DNA of 64,000 nt from positions 3,370-67,369 of the forward strand of contig CBJMMB010000004.1 in assembly GCA_966430775.1 (NCBI GenBank), written 5' to 3'. Source of the DNA: an uncultured Dyella sp. GTDB lineage: Bacteria > Pseudomonadota > Gammaproteobacteria > Xanthomonadales > Rhodanobacteraceae. The position numbers and the translations under genes are program-made. Numbering within the stretch: the stretch's first letter is position 1; the number at the start of each line of letters is the position of its first letter. Below the pieces are notes generated by a model. That model searched no databases and was not told where the DNA came from. It saw nothing but the letters and a program-made list of their open reading frames with translations. Positions 1-10,372 of the stretch are shown piece by piece.

Positions 1-851
1 TCACGCTCGCCGTGGCGCGCAACCTCGCGGCGCTGATCAACCGTCAGCCAGGCATGAAGGCGGTGCTGACGCGCGACGGCGACTATTTCATCCCGCTCAA
101 GCAGCGCTACGAAATCGCCCGCCAGAACCAGGCGGATCTGTTCGTATCCGTGCACGCCGACTCCTACACCAGCAGCGACGCCCGCGGCTCCTCCGTGTGG
201 GTGTTATCGCCGCGCGGCAAGAGCTCGGTGGCGGCGCAGGTGCTGGCCGATCGTGAAAACAGTTCCGACCTGATCGGCGGCGTATCGCTGGCGGCCGAGA
301 ACGACAGCCTCGCCTCCGTACTGCTCGACATGCAGCAGGGCTGGGCGGTGCAGGCCAGCGAAACGGTGGCGCAGAATGTGCTGAACGCGCTCTCGGCGCT
401 CGGTCCCACGCATCGCGGTTATGTGGAGCGCGCCAACTTCGTGGTGCTGCGCTCGCCGGATGTGCCCTCGATCCTGGTGGAGACTGCCTTCATCAGCAAC
501 CCGACGGAAGAGCGCAAGCTGCGCGATGCGGGCCACCAGCAGCAGTTGGCCACGGCGATCATGAGCGGCGTGAAAGGTTATTTCCTGAGCAATCCACCGC
601 AGGGCACCTGGTTCGCCATGGAAGCCGCGCGCCGCAAGGGCGTGGTGGTCGACGCCAAGACCGACGCGGTGGCCAGCGCGGACGAGCCCGCCGACAACGA
701 CGTACGCGACATGCACCGCGTCGCCGATGGCGAAACCTTGCGCAGCATCGCCAAGCAGTACGGCGTGAGCCTGGATACGCTCAAGACCGCCAACGGCATC
801 AACAGCAACAGCGTGCGCACCGGCACGATGCTGGTGATTCCGAACAGCTGA
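1..851 (+). CDS. amiC: N-acetylmuramoyl-L-alanine amidase (Amidase_3 plus C-terminal LysM), 5' end outside the window
   Basis: Amidase motifs LTRDGD, FVSVHAD and PSILVETAFISN; C-terminal LysM (HRVADGETLRSIAKQYGVS); lies directly upstream of mutL. Confidence 0.9.
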   Translation, partial: TLAVARNLAALINRQPGMKAVLTRDGDYFIPLKQRYEIARQNQADLFVSVHADSYTSSDARGSSVWVLSPRGKSSVAAQVLADRENSSDLIGGVSLAAENDSLASVLLDMQQGWAVQASETVAQNVLNALSALGPTHRGYVERANFVVLRSPDVPSILVETAFISNPTEERKLRDAGHQQQLATAIMSGVKGYFLSNPPQGTWFAMEAARRKGVVVDAKTDAVASADEPADNDVRDMHRVADGETLRSIAKQYGVSLDTLKTANGINSNSVRTGTMLVIPNS

Positions 852-852
852 G

Positions 853-876
853 GTAGGTTGGGGTACAAACCCCAAC
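853..876 (+). repeat. GTAG-family REP (GTAGGTTGGGGTACAAACCCCAAC)
   Basis: GTAG tetranucleotide plus palindrome; related copies at 2761-2790, 5783-5809, 11056-11129, 26262-26285, 29701-29730, 30309-30332, 39131-39260, 41151-41174 and 43418-43441. Confidence 0.85.
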
Positions 877-920
877 ATCCGGATAGTTGACCCCGCCGCA
901 CGCTGTTAAGCTTGCGCCCC

Positions 921-2747
921 ATGTCCCGCATCCGTCCGCTCCCTCCCGAGCTCATCAATCAGATTGCCGCCGGTGAAGTGATCGAGCGGCCGTCTTCGGT
1001 CGTCAAAGAACTGGTCGAAAACAGTCTCGACGCCGGGGCTGCGCGCATCGAGGTGGATATCGAACTCGGCGGCGCGCGATTGATTCGCGTGCGCGACGAC
1101 GGCGACGGCATCGCGGCCGACGATCTACCGCTGGCGGTGGCCTCGCACGCCACCAGCAAGATCGGCAGCTTCGACGATCTGGAGCACGTGGCCAGCATGG
1201 GTTTTCGCGGCGAAGCGCTGGCGTCGATGGCGTCGGTGGCGCGCTTTGCCATGACCTCGCGCCTGCGCGGTGCGGACAACGCCTTTCGTCTGGAAGTGGA
1301 CAGCGGCCGCATGCAGGACGTGCGTCCCGCACAGCATCCGCAAGGCACTAGCGTCGAAGTGCGCGACCTGTTCTACAACGTGCCGGCGCGGCGTAAATTT
1401 CTGCGCGCGGAACGCACCGAGTTCGCGCATATCGACGATCTGTTGAAGTCGCTCGCACTCGCGCGCGGCAGCGCAGAGTTCCGGCTCAGCCACAACGGCA
1501 AACTAGTGCGTGTGTGGAAAGCGGCGCGCGATGAAACCGCCATGCTCGCGCGCGTGGCCGACATGCTGGGCGAATCGTTTCCGCAGCAAAGCCTGCGTAT
1601 CGATCACGCGTCGGCAGGCATGCGCCTGTCCGGCTGGGTGGGCTTGCCGACGGCTTCGCGCCCGCAGGCCGATGCGCAATATTTCTATGTAAACGGCCGC
1701 CTCGTGCGCGATCGCGTGGTCGCGCATGCCGTGCGCCAGGCGTATGCCGACGTGTTGTTTCATGGGCGTCATCCCGCGTTCGTGCTGTATCTGGAACTCG
1801 ATCCCGCAGGGGTCGACGTGAACGTGCATCCGGCCAAGAGCGAAGTACGTTTTCGCGAACAGCGCCTGGTGCATGATTTTCTGTTTCGTACCCTGCACGA
1901 AGTGCTCGCGGAAACGCGCGCCGGCCAGCATGTGCCGGTGGAAGCGGCCACATGGTCGGCCGATGCCGGTGTGGCCTCCGCGGTCGTGCAGGAAGTAAGT
2001 CGTCAGGCAAGCAGCCAGTGGCCCAGCTATGCGCCACAAAGTCGCCTACAACTGGGTGTGCGCGAAGAGCCGCTGGCGGACTATGCGGCGCTGCTTGGAA
2101 ATGACGCAATCGAACAAGCCTTCGTTGCGCAGCCAAGCATGCCTGCCGTTGACGCCAGCGAAGCGCCGCCGCTCGGCTATGCCATCGCGCAACTCAAGAC
2201 CATTTACGTTCTTGCGGAAAATGCGCATGGCCTGGTGCTGGTGGACATGCATGCTGCGCACGAACGCATCACCTACGAAAAACTGAAATTCGGCCGCGCC
2301 TGCAGCAACCTGCGTTCACAGATCTTGCTGGTGCCAATGTCGGTGCCGGTCAGTGCGAAAGAAGCCGCCGCCGCCGAAGAACACGGCGAAGCGCTGGCCG
2401 AGTGGGGCTTGGAGCTTTCGCGCAGCGGCCCCTCCGCGGTGGTGGTGCGTCGCATTCCGGCCTTGCTGGAAGGCGCCGACGTCGCCGAACTCACCCGCAG
2501 CGTGCTGGGCGAGTTGGCGCAGCACGGCAGCTCGCGGCAATTGCAGGAACTGGAAAACGAACTGCTCTCGACCATGGCCTGTCATGGCTCGGTGCGCGCG
2601 GGGCGGCGTCTCAGCCTGCCGGAAATGAATGCCCTGCTGCGCGAAATGGAAGCCACCGAGCGCTCCGGACAATGCAATCACGGCCGCCCCACGTGGGTGC
2701 AATTGGGCATGACAGAATTGGATAAGCTTTTTCTGCGTGGTCGATAG
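921..2747 (+). CDS. mutL: DNA mismatch repair protein MutL
   Basis: NQIAAGEVIERPSSVVKELVENSLDAGA, GFRGEALAS, DVNVHPAK; endonuclease motifs DMHAAHERITYE, MACH and CNHGRP. Confidence 0.97.
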   Translation: MSRIRPLPPELINQIAAGEVIERPSSVVKELVENSLDAGAARIEVDIELGGARLIRVRDDGDGIAADDLPLAVASHATSKIGSFDDLEHVASMGFRGEALASMASVARFAMTSRLRGADNAFRLEVDSGRMQDVRPAQHPQGTSVEVRDLFYNVPARRKFLRAERTEFAHIDDLLKSLALARGSAEFRLSHNGKLVRVWKAARDETAMLARVADMLGESFPQQSLRIDHASAGMRLSGWVGLPTASRPQADAQYFYVNGRLVRDRVVAHAVRQAYADVLFHGRHPAFVLYLELDPAGVDVNVHPAKSEVRFREQRLVHDFLFRTLHEVLAETRAGQHVPVEAATWSADAGVASAVVQEVSRQASSQWPSYAPQSRLQLGVREEPLADYAALLGNDAIEQAFVAQPSMPAVDASEAPPLGYAIAQLKTIYVLAENAHGLVLVDMHAAHERITYEKLKFGRACSNLRSQILLVPMSVPVSAKEAAAAEEHGEALAEWGLELSRSGPSAVVVRRIPALLEGADVAELTRSVLGELAQHGSSRQLQELENELLSTMACHGSVRAGRRLSLPEMNALLREMEATERSGQCNHGRPTWVQLGMTELDKLFLRGR

Positions 2748-2819
2748 GGTGGGCGGTATCGTTGGGTTACGCTGCGCTAACCCAACCTACGCAACCTTGT
2801 ATTGCGCGGAGCGAAACCC

Positions 2820-3740
2820 ATGTGGCGTAACGTCCTGGCCGGATTGATCTTGAGTAGTGGAGTCGCCCTCGTGCATGCCGATACCGCCCCATCCAACATT
2901 GCGCCCGATGCGTACCAGCAGAGCATCGAGAAATGGCGCGCCGAGCGTGTCGAGCGACTGACCGCGCCGGAAGGCTGGCTCAGCCTGATCGGGCTGGAGT
3001 GGTTGCAGGAGGGCGCCAACAAAGTTGGCAGCGCTTCCGATAACGACATCATCCTGCAAGCCGGCCCCGCGCATCTGGGCGTGGTCAGCTTGGACAAATC
3101 GGGCCAGATGCACATCAAGCTGGCCAAGGACAGCGGGGCGACGATCGATGGCAAACAGGTCGAAGAGGCCACACTGATCGACGACGTGCACGCCAGCGCC
3201 AATGCATCGCCCACCAAGGTTGCGTTTGGCACGGCGAGTTTTTTCGTGATCGATCGCGAAGGCCGCAAGGCGTTGCGTGTGAAAGATGCCGAAGCCGCTT
3301 CGCGCAAACATTTTCTCGGTATCGATTATTTTCCGATCGATCCGTCGTGGCGCATCGTGGCCGACTGGGTGCCGTTCGATCCGCCGCATGATCTTAAGAT
3401 CGGCTCGGTGATCGGCACGATCGATACGGTGAAGGTACCGGGCAAGGCCGTGTTCACGCGCGATGGCCATACGTACGAGTTGCTGCCATACCAGGAAGAA
3501 CCCGGCGGCGAACTGTTCTTCGTGCTGGCCGATCGCACATCCGGGCACGAAACCTATGGCGCGGCGCGTTTCCTCTACGCCGCGCTACCGCAGAACGGCA
3601 AGGTGGTGCTGGATTTCAACAAGGCCTACAACCCACCGTGCTCGTTTACACCCTTCGCGACGTGCCCGCTGGCGCCGCCGGAAAATCGTCTGGATCTGCG
3701 CATTACCGCGGGCGAGAAAAAATACCGCGGCGGCCATTGA
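2820..3740 (+). CDS. DUF1684-family exported protein
   Basis: Signal peptide; GWLSLIGL, ETYGAARFLY, LDFNKAYNPPCSFTPFATCPLAPPENRL. Confidence 0.85.
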   Translation: MWRNVLAGLILSSGVALVHADTAPSNIAPDAYQQSIEKWRAERVERLTAPEGWLSLIGLEWLQEGANKVGSASDNDIILQAGPAHLGVVSLDKSGQMHIKLAKDSGATIDGKQVEEATLIDDVHASANASPTKVAFGTASFFVIDREGRKALRVKDAEAASRKHFLGIDYFPIDPSWRIVADWVPFDPPHDLKIGSVIGTIDTVKVPGKAVFTRDGHTYELLPYQEEPGGELFFVLADRTSGHETYGAARFLYAALPQNGKVVLDFNKAYNPPCSFTPFATCPLAPPENRLDLRITAGEKKYRGGH

Positions 3741-3778
3741 TTTCGCGCATGGAACTCATGAAAGGCCCTGCCTCAGCT

Positions 3779-3927
3779 CGTCGCCCCGGCGAAGGCCGGG
3801 GTCCAGTGTCTTGATGTCGAAACAACGTCGCTGGGTGATTCGCTTCGCTCACCCTTCGGGCCGTCCTCCGGACGTTCTTCGCGCTTCGCGCTTCGCGCTA
3901 CGTCCGGCGTTCGCCGGGACGACGAGT
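3779..3927. repeat. CGTC-family REP doublet (REPIN-like)
   Basis: CGTCGCCCCGGCGAAGGCCGGGG arm and inverted CCGGCGTTCGCCGGGACGACG arm between convergent genes. Confidence 0.7.
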
Positions 3928-3975
3928 TGAGGTTATTTCTCAAGTTCGTGGTGCATGGGCATCAGCGGCAGCGAC

Positions 3976-4758
3976 TCACTTCCCGTTGAACGCCGCCTTG
4001 CGCTTCTCCAGAAACGCACTCGTTCCTTCCTTCATATCTTCCGTCGCAAACATCAACGCAAACGCCTGCGTTTCGAATTCCAGGCCTTGATCCAACGATG
4101 TTTCGCCGCCCTGCAACACGCAATCGAGAATGCTCGCGGCAGCCAGCGGCGCGGCGGCGGCGAGTTGATCGGCGAGGGTGTTGACCGTTTCGTCCAATGC
4201 TTCGGGCGCCACGACGCGGGTGACGAGGCCCAGCTCATAAGCGCGCTGCGCGGTGATGGTAGCGCCGCTCAGGCACAGTTCGAGCGCGGCGCCGCGGCCG
4301 GCCAGGCGCAATAGGCGCTGGGTGCCGCCAAAGCCGGGAATAAGGCCGAGATTGATTTCCGGCTGACCGAACTTGGCTTTCTCGCTGGCGATGCGCAGAT
4401 GGCAGCACATCGCCAGCTCCATGCCGCCGCCCAGCGCGAAGCCCTGGATGCGCGCAATCACCGGCTTGCCGAGCCGCTCGATGCTGCTCATCAGCCGCTG
4501 GCCGGTACGCGAGAAGCTCTGCGCTTCGATCGCGGTGTAGCCATTCATCTGGCTGATGTCGGCGCCGGCCACGAACGCCTTGTCGCCGGCGCCGGCCAGC
4601 ACGACCACCCGTACGGCGTCATCCTGCGCGGCCTGGCTGAAGGCCAGGGTCAGTTCGTTCAAGGTCTCGCGATTGAGCGCATTGAGCTTGTCCGGGCGAT
4701 TGACGGTGATGGTGCGCACGGCACCGCGATGGCCGATCTCGAGGTTGCGGTAAGCCAC
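3976..4758 (-). CDS. enoyl-CoA hydratase/crotonase family protein
   Basis: [49 protein letters not shown]; GTG start with GGAG upstream. Confidence 0.9.
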   Translation of the reverse strand: MAYRNLEIGHRGAVRTITVNRPDKLNALNRETLNELTLAFSQAAQDDAVRVVVLAGAGDKAFVAGADISQMNGYTAIEAQSFSRTGQRLMSSIERLGKPVIARIQGFALGGGMELAMCCHLRIASEKAKFGQPEINLGLIPGFGGTQRLLRLAGRGAALELCLSGATITAQRAYELGLVTRVVAPEALDETVNTLADQLAAAAPLAAASILDCVLQGGETSLDQGLEFETQAFALMFATEDMKEGTSAFLEKRKAAFNGK

Positions 4759-5027
4759 GATGGACTCCGTATGAGCGTAAAACGGGATTTTAGCAGCGGG
4801 AACCTTTGTTGCCGCCGGCTTTCTCAATGCCAGCCCAGTCACCTCGCGGTTGGCGGATCGTCGCATCGAACGGCCGAACCGCTTAGGATGACCGCTTTCG
4901 CCGTATGCTTAGAGTCCGCCCCATGTCTCCAAGTCATCCGCCGGTTCTGTTTGCTCGTCGGGCAGCCGCTTGCCCAGCACGCGGCCTGCATGAAGTCATT
5001 GGGCGGCGCTGCACCATGGAGAATGTA

Positions 5028-5780
5028 ATGAGACATACGCGTTGGCTGCTTCCGCTGTTCTTGTTGCCCGCCGTGTTTGCGGCGCAGGCGCAGGGGGCGA
5101 ACGCGTCCAGCCCGTCGCAGAAGCAGCCGCCGGTCGTGAAGCTGGACAAGCACAAACTCTCCTACGCGATCGGCTACCGCATCGGCACGCAATTCGCCGA
5201 TGGCGATTTCCCGGTGGACATGGCCGTGCTGCAAAAGGCCATCGAAGATGCATACGCCAAGCGTGCGCCGGCGGTGCCCAAGGAAGACATGTACAACCAG
5301 CTGGTCAGCCTGGGCGAGCGCATGCACGAACAGGCGATGACGGAATTCAATCGCATCGCCGCCGACAACGCGAAGAAAAGCGCCGATTACATGACCCATA
5401 ACGCCGCATTGCCCGGCGTGGTGCAGTTGCCTTCGGGCATCCAGTATTCGGTGATCAAGAAAGGTGACGGCACCGTCAACCCGGGCATCGACAGCCTGGT
5501 CACCGTGAACTATCGCGGCATGCTGATCGACGGCACCGAATTCGACAGCACCTGGGCGCACGGCCATCCGGTCAAGTTTCCCGTGGACAAGGTGATCCGC
5601 GGCTGGCAATACGTGATACCGCGCATGCACGTGGGCGATCGCTGGAAAGTGGTGATTCCCCCTTCGCTTGCCTACGGCGAGCAGGGCGCGCTGCCGCGCA
5701 TTGGCCCTAACCAGGCACTGGTGTTCGATATCGAACTGCTGGACATCAACCCGCCGAATCCGCAGGCATCAGGGCCTTGA
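5028..5780 (+). CDS. FKBP-type peptidyl-prolyl isomerase (Mip/FkpA-like) with signal peptide
   Basis: LSYAIG N-domain; VNYRGMLIDGTEFDS, VIRGW, IPPSLAYG, LVFDIELL. Confidence 0.9.
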   Translation: MRHTRWLLPLFLLPAVFAAQAQGANASSPSQKQPPVVKLDKHKLSYAIGYRIGTQFADGDFPVDMAVLQKAIEDAYAKRAPAVPKEDMYNQLVSLGERMHEQAMTEFNRIAADNAKKSADYMTHNAALPGVVQLPSGIQYSVIKKGDGTVNPGIDSLVTVNYRGMLIDGTEFDSTWAHGHPVKFPVDKVIRGWQYVIPRMHVGDRWKVVIPPSLAYGEQGALPRIGPNQALVFDIELLDINPPNPQASGP

Positions 5781-5844
5781 CCGCAGGTTGGGATTGCACC
5801 CGAACCTACACTCGCTTCGCCGCTTCCATTAGCATGTCGGGCGC

Positions 5845-6036
5845 ATGTCAACGTCCGTCACTTCCCCCCAGCAAGCCATCCTGAGCCCCTGCGTCGGCAT
5901 CTGCCGGCTCGACGCGCGCGGCTTTTGCGAAGGCTGTTATCGCACCAGCGATGAAATCGCGCGGTGGCGCAGCATGAGCGACACCGAGCGTTCCCACTAC
6001 ATGGATGTGCTGCTTCCCGCGCGCGAGAGCGCATGA
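5845..6036 (+). CDS. DUF1289-family small Cys-rich protein
   Basis: SPCVGICRLD..GFCEGCYRTSDEIARW. Confidence 0.85.
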   Translation: MSTSVTSPQQAILSPCVGICRLDARGFCEGCYRTSDEIARWRSMSDTERSHYMDVLLPARESA

Positions 6037-6620
6037 TGGAAGCCTTGCAGCGCGCCCTGCGTCCGCTGTCGCAGCCGCCGTCGCCGCCGGGCTGGAATCA
6101 CGCGCTGATGAACGAGCTGATCGGCGAAATCGAGCGCCGTCCCGCCGCCGTGCTGATCGGCGTGCGCGATGGCGACGAACCGCGCATGATCTTTACGGTG
6201 CGCACCGATCACCTGAGCTCGCATGCGGGGCAGGTTGCGTTTCCCGGCGGCAGCGCCGATCCCACCGATGCCGATGCGCTGACCACCGCCTTGCGCGAAA
6301 CCGAAGAGGAAATCGGCCTGCATCCATCGCTGGTCACGCCGATGGGTTATCTGGATTGCTTCGAAACCATCAGTGGTTTCTGCATCACGCCGGTGGTGGC
6401 GCGCATTGCCGCCGAGGCGCAATTCCAGCCGGCACCCGACGAAGTGGCCGAAGTGTTCGAAGTACCGCTGGCGTTCCTGTTGAATCCCTCGAACCTGAAA
6501 CGCTACGAGATGGATTACCGCGGACACCGCCGCGAGATGGTGGAGTTCCACTATCAAGGCCATCGCATCTGGGGCGCAACGGCGGCAATCTTGCAGCATC
6601 TCTTGCAGAGGATGGAGTAG
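6033..6620 (+). CDS. Nudix CoA pyrophosphatase (NudL-like)
   Basis: HAGQVAFPGG plus Nudix box ALRETEEEIG; IWGATA; ATGA overlap with the upstream gene. Confidence 0.9.
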   Translation: MMEALQRALRPLSQPPSPPGWNHALMNELIGEIERRPAAVLIGVRDGDEPRMIFTVRTDHLSSHAGQVAFPGGSADPTDADALTTALRETEEEIGLHPSLVTPMGYLDCFETISGFCITPVVARIAAEAQFQPAPDEVAEVFEVPLAFLLNPSNLKRYEMDYRGHRREMVEFHYQGHRIWGATAAILQHLLQRME

Positions 6621-6622
6621 CC

Positions 6623-7474
6623 ATGAAAAGCACCTTGATCAGTGCCGAAGAACTGGCCGCCTTGCCGCCCGATGGCGTGCTGATCGTCGATTGCCGCCAT
6701 GAACTGATGGACGCGCAGAAGGGCGAGCGCGACTACCGCGCCGAGCATATTCCGGGCGCGGTGTTCGCGGACCTGGGTCATGACCTGTCCGATCTCACGC
6801 GCGTACCGCTGGGGCTAGGTCGGCATCCGCTACCGTCGGAAGAAGCATTTTCCGCCGTACTCGCTCGCTGGGGTTGGCGCCCTGGTCTGCAGGTGGTGAG
6901 TTATGACGCGAGCACCGGTGCATTGGCCGCCGTGCGCCTGTGGTGGCTGCTGCGCCTGTGCGGCGTGCGCGAGGCGGCCGTACTCGACGGCGGCTTCGCC
7001 GCATGGAAAGCAGCGAACCTGCCGGTGACACAAACGATTCCGCAACGGCAACCGACGCAGGTGCAGGTGCATTACGACGCCGCCATGATGGTGCTCGACC
7101 ACACCGCTGCCGCCAACACGCCGGGCGACCATCTACTGCTGGATGCGCGCGCCACGCCGCGCTATCGCGGTGAAGTGGAGCCGATCGATCGTGCTGCGGG
7201 CCATGTGCCGGGCGCGGCGAATCGTCCGTTTACCGAGAATCTGCAGGCTGATGGACGTTTCAAATCACCGGCCGAATTGCGCGAGGCGTTTCGTGCGGTG
7301 ATCGGCGATCGTGCGCCGGAAGATGTGGTGCATATGTGCGGTTCGGGTGTTACTGCTTGCCACAATATGCTGGCGATGGAACATGCCGGCTTGGCGGGTT
7401 CGCGGTTGTATCCGCCGTCGTGGAGCGGTTGGGTCAGCGATCCGTCGCGGCCGGTTGCGACCGGAGATGCGTAG
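6623..7474 (+). CDS. sseA: two-domain rhodanese / 3-mercaptopyruvate sulfurtransferase
   Basis: HIPGA, GRHPLP, LDGG..AW, active site CGSGVTA. Confidence 0.85.
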   Translation: MKSTLISAEELAALPPDGVLIVDCRHELMDAQKGERDYRAEHIPGAVFADLGHDLSDLTRVPLGLGRHPLPSEEAFSAVLARWGWRPGLQVVSYDASTGALAAVRLWWLLRLCGVREAAVLDGGFAAWKAANLPVTQTIPQRQPTQVQVHYDAAMMVLDHTAAANTPGDHLLLDARATPRYRGEVEPIDRAAGHVPGAANRPFTENLQADGRFKSPAELREAFRAVIGDRAPEDVVHMCGSGVTACHNMLAMEHAGLAGSRLYPPSWSGWVSDPSRPVATGDA

Positions 7475-7538
7475 CAATCTTGCAAAGAATTGTTGCCGAA
7501 CAATGTGCGGCGCGCGAATCGCTACAAAAGAACCGAGT

Positions 7539-7659
7539 CGTCATTCCGGCGAACGCCGGAATCCAGTTTTGAATACACTGTGCGAAGCACACAAAACCTC
7601 TTACGTCGTGTGCTTCGCACGTCATTCTTGACTGGATTCTGGCGTTCGCCGGAATGACG
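7539..7659. repeat. CGTC-family REP doublet
   Basis: CGTCATTCCGGCGAACGCCGGAATCCAG ... CTGGATTCTGGCGTTCGCCGGAATGACG; homologous elements at 55385-55453 and 56644-56785. Confidence 0.85.
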
Positions 7660-7745
7660 GTGAGGTGGTTTGAAGTTCTGTGCAGGGCGTACAGCCTCAT
7701 GGCTTCGCTGAAATCATCAAGCGAAAAATGTAGCTCGCGTCGAAG

Positions 7746-8503
7746 CTATTTGCCCTTGCTCTTAAGCCTATCCACCAACCCCTGCAACGCCACCTGCGTC
7801 TGCGGATGAAAAAACGCATCCACAAACGCATCGATCGGCAACGCATCCACATCCGCATACGTGCGTGTCAGATCCGCCCGCGCGATCTTGCGCGTCTCCA
7901 GCATCGCATGCGAAGGCACGCCAGCGTCTCATTGAGCCAATGCAGCGCACGCGTGCTCACTTGATCCACGCCCACCAGTTCATCCACAAAGCCATACGCC
8001 AGCGCCTGATCCGCTTCGATCAGCGCACCTGACACCAGCAGGCGTTCCGCACGATACGCACCCACCACGCGCCGCAGCGCCATCTGGATGCAATCGGGCG
8101 CAACCAGGCCTACCTGCACTTCATTCAAGCCGATGCGATACGGCCCTTGCGCCATCACGCGGTAATCGCAGAACAGCGAAAGCACCGCGCCGCCGGCCGG
8201 ACTGTGCCCGGTGATGGCCGCCGCCACCGGCACCGGCAGATGCGCCAGCGCGGCGCAGGTGACGAAGAACTCGCGCCAGAATTCGCGCACGCCGGCGCGA
8301 TCGCGCGTAAGCAAGGCCGGTACGTCCACGCCAGCGGAAAACATGCCTTGCGCGCCGGACAGGACCACGCCGCGCGCGCCATCGCGCACGGCGTTCGCCA
8401 GCGCTTCCTGCAAGGCGTGCAGCAGTTCCAGGTTCAGCGCATTGACTGGCGGGCGGGCCAGCTGGATTTCGGTTACGGCGTCGTGTTTGGTGATGTTGAG
8501 CAT
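7746..8503 (-). pseudogene. enoyl-CoA hydratase/isomerase with an apparent 1-bp deletion near 7919 (real frameshift or assembly error)
   Basis: Crotonase motifs ARPPVNAL, FSAGVD, GHSPAGG, IGLNEVQVGL; after ETLA the plausible tail (PSHAMLETRKIAR...LKSKGK*) continues in another frame to TAG at 7746-7748. Confidence 0.7.
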
Positions 8504-8577
8504 GGACGTTCCGAATAGAGGGTCAGGATGGAATAGCACTCACTTAAACCCATACAACGTGTTCTTGCCACGATTAG

Positions 8578-8699
8578 CTCCCTCCCCTGCGAAGTAGGGG
8601 AGGGTTGGGGTGGGGTGAAGCAACCTCACGATGAATTCCAGTCGTGCCGCCAGCTCGTGCAACCCCACCCCGGCCCTCCCCTGCAAGCAGGGGAGGGAG
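8578..8699. repeat. REPIN/MITE-like palindromic element (CTCCCTCCCCTGC...GGGGAGGGAG family)
   Basis: Inverted arms; homologous copy with the same spacer at 23623-23769; half copies at 23511-23538 and 47507-47535. Confidence 0.8.
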
Positions 8700-8719
8700 C
8701 AAATCATCACGCATTCGAG

Positions 8720-10177
8720 TCAGGACTGCGGCTGATCGTCAGCCGTCCAGGTATAGCGCACGGCATAGTCGAGCACGGCCTTGCCGTTGGCCGGTACGTC
8801 AACCTTGAATTCCAGCGTATCGGTGGTCTGCTTGCTCGGCTTTACGCTGGACGAAGTGACCGTCCACTGCCGCCAGCGATTGGGATGTTCGCGCACGGTC
8901 ACCGTGCGTGCACTGTCGCCGGCGTTGGTCAGCGTGATGCGGAAGGCTTCATCCAAGGTGCGACCAGTCTTGTCCACATGGAAGCTGCTGCGTTCGCGCT
9001 GGCCGCGCAAATCGAACGCGGTGCCCAGCGTGATGGTGGCATCGCTGCCCTTGGGCGTGTCGTTGATGCGTCCTTCGCCGATGAATTGCGGCACGCCGTT
9101 GCGATCGGCGGTGAGCACGCGCAGATAACCGGCAGGCAGGCTGTCGAACGCCTCGAAGCGCAGCGTGCTGATGATGCTGGTGTTGTTGTCGGTGTTGAAT
9201 TCGCGGTTGAGCATCGGCTGCGGCGGCATCCAGTTGCCGCCATTCTCGTAAAGCGCGGTGCGCTCGCAACTTACCGTGCGCGGAGTGTAGAGCGGTACCT
9301 GACTGATGCTGCCGTCGGGCAGGTCGACCGGTGCAGGCAGCGTGTAACTGCGGTAATCGCCCATAGAGGATTGTTCCGGCATCGCTTCCTTTGCCGCCGG
9401 CGCCGCCATCGCGCGCATCATCATCGGGCGTGGCGCGGCCGCCTTGGCGAAGTTCGGCTCGCCGGCGATCAGGGTCAGGTGGATGTCCTGCCAATCACGG
9501 CCGCTGCGGTTGGCAATGCTGGCACGTGATTCGAACTGCATGCTGCACGTATTGCCCGGTTGCAACATGGCCACGTAGGACGCACGCCAACCGATGCCGG
9601 AGGTGGGATAGCTCAGCACGGCGTCGGCCTGTCCGCCACGCGCGGCATCCACGCGCAGCCGCAGGCTGGAGCCGGTAGGAAAGCTTCCGGCTTGCGTATT
9701 CACCGCGGCGTACTGACGGATCAAGGTGGTGCCGTTGCTGCCATGCACGACCAGGCCATCTTCACCCGCGCGCAACAAGGTCCCGTTCGCCAGCGCCTGG
9801 CCGTTGTCGCCCAATACGCTGATGCTGCTACCGGTCAAACCGGTCAGCGCCGCGTTGGGGCCCTGGCCGAGCAGCAGCCGTTGCGAGATGACCTTCGCCT
9901 CGCCGCCGGGAAAGCCCAGCGCCATCGCTTCAGCGTCGAGCTGGTTCGGCAGATCGCCCAGCACCACGTCGTGCACGCCCGATTGCAAGCTGACGGTGCG
10001 CCGTTCGCGCACCACGGCGTAGCCTTCGTTGGCGTTGCTCTCGCCGGTGCTGGCATACAAGCCAGGGCTATCGCTGCGGTACAGCGTAATCGAAGCGCCA
10101 TCGGCGGCTTTGGCCTGCGAGGCGCCGCCCAGCGTGGCGATCGCGACGGCCAGCACAGTTCGGTAGTTGATCGACAT
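8720..10177 (-). CDS. DUF4139-family exported protein
   Basis: Signal peptide; GIGWRASYVA, IANRSGRDW, GEGRINDTPKG, LGTAFDL pattern typical of the family. Confidence 0.75.
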   Translation of the reverse strand: MSINYRTVLAVAIATLGGASQAKAADGASITLYRSDSPGLYASTGESNANEGYAVVRERRTVSLQSGVHDVVLGDLPNQLDAEAMALGFPGGEAKVISQRLLLGQGPNAALTGLTGSSISVLGDNGQALANGTLLRAGEDGLVVHGSNGTTLIRQYAAVNTQAGSFPTGSSLRLRVDAARGGQADAVLSYPTSGIGWRASYVAMLQPGNTCSMQFESRASIANRSGRDWQDIHLTLIAGEPNFAKAAAPRPMMMRAMAAPAAKEAMPEQSSMGDYRSYTLPAPVDLPDGSISQVPLYTPRTVSCERTALYENGGNWMPPQPMLNREFNTDNNTSIISTLRFEAFDSLPAGYLRVLTADRNGVPQFIGEGRINDTPKGSDATITLGTAFDLRGQRERSSFHVDKTGRTLDEAFRITLTNAGDSARTVTVREHPNRWRQWTVTSSSVKPSKQTTDTLEFKVDVPANGKAVLDYAVRYTWTADDQPQS

Positions 10178-10372
10178 GACGCACTCCTTTGACGACAGTG
10201 GGGCCGATCATAACGAGTGGACTACGGCGGTGTATGTGCGCCAGCCGCTGGCCATTAGCGCGCGCTTCAGGCGATGGTTCGCCATGCTGCATCAGCTGGC
10301 CGAACTGGCGTACCATCGGCGCCTGCTTGCCTACGCTTTCACGGTTGAACGCGCCAAGGATCCCAGCCGCAA

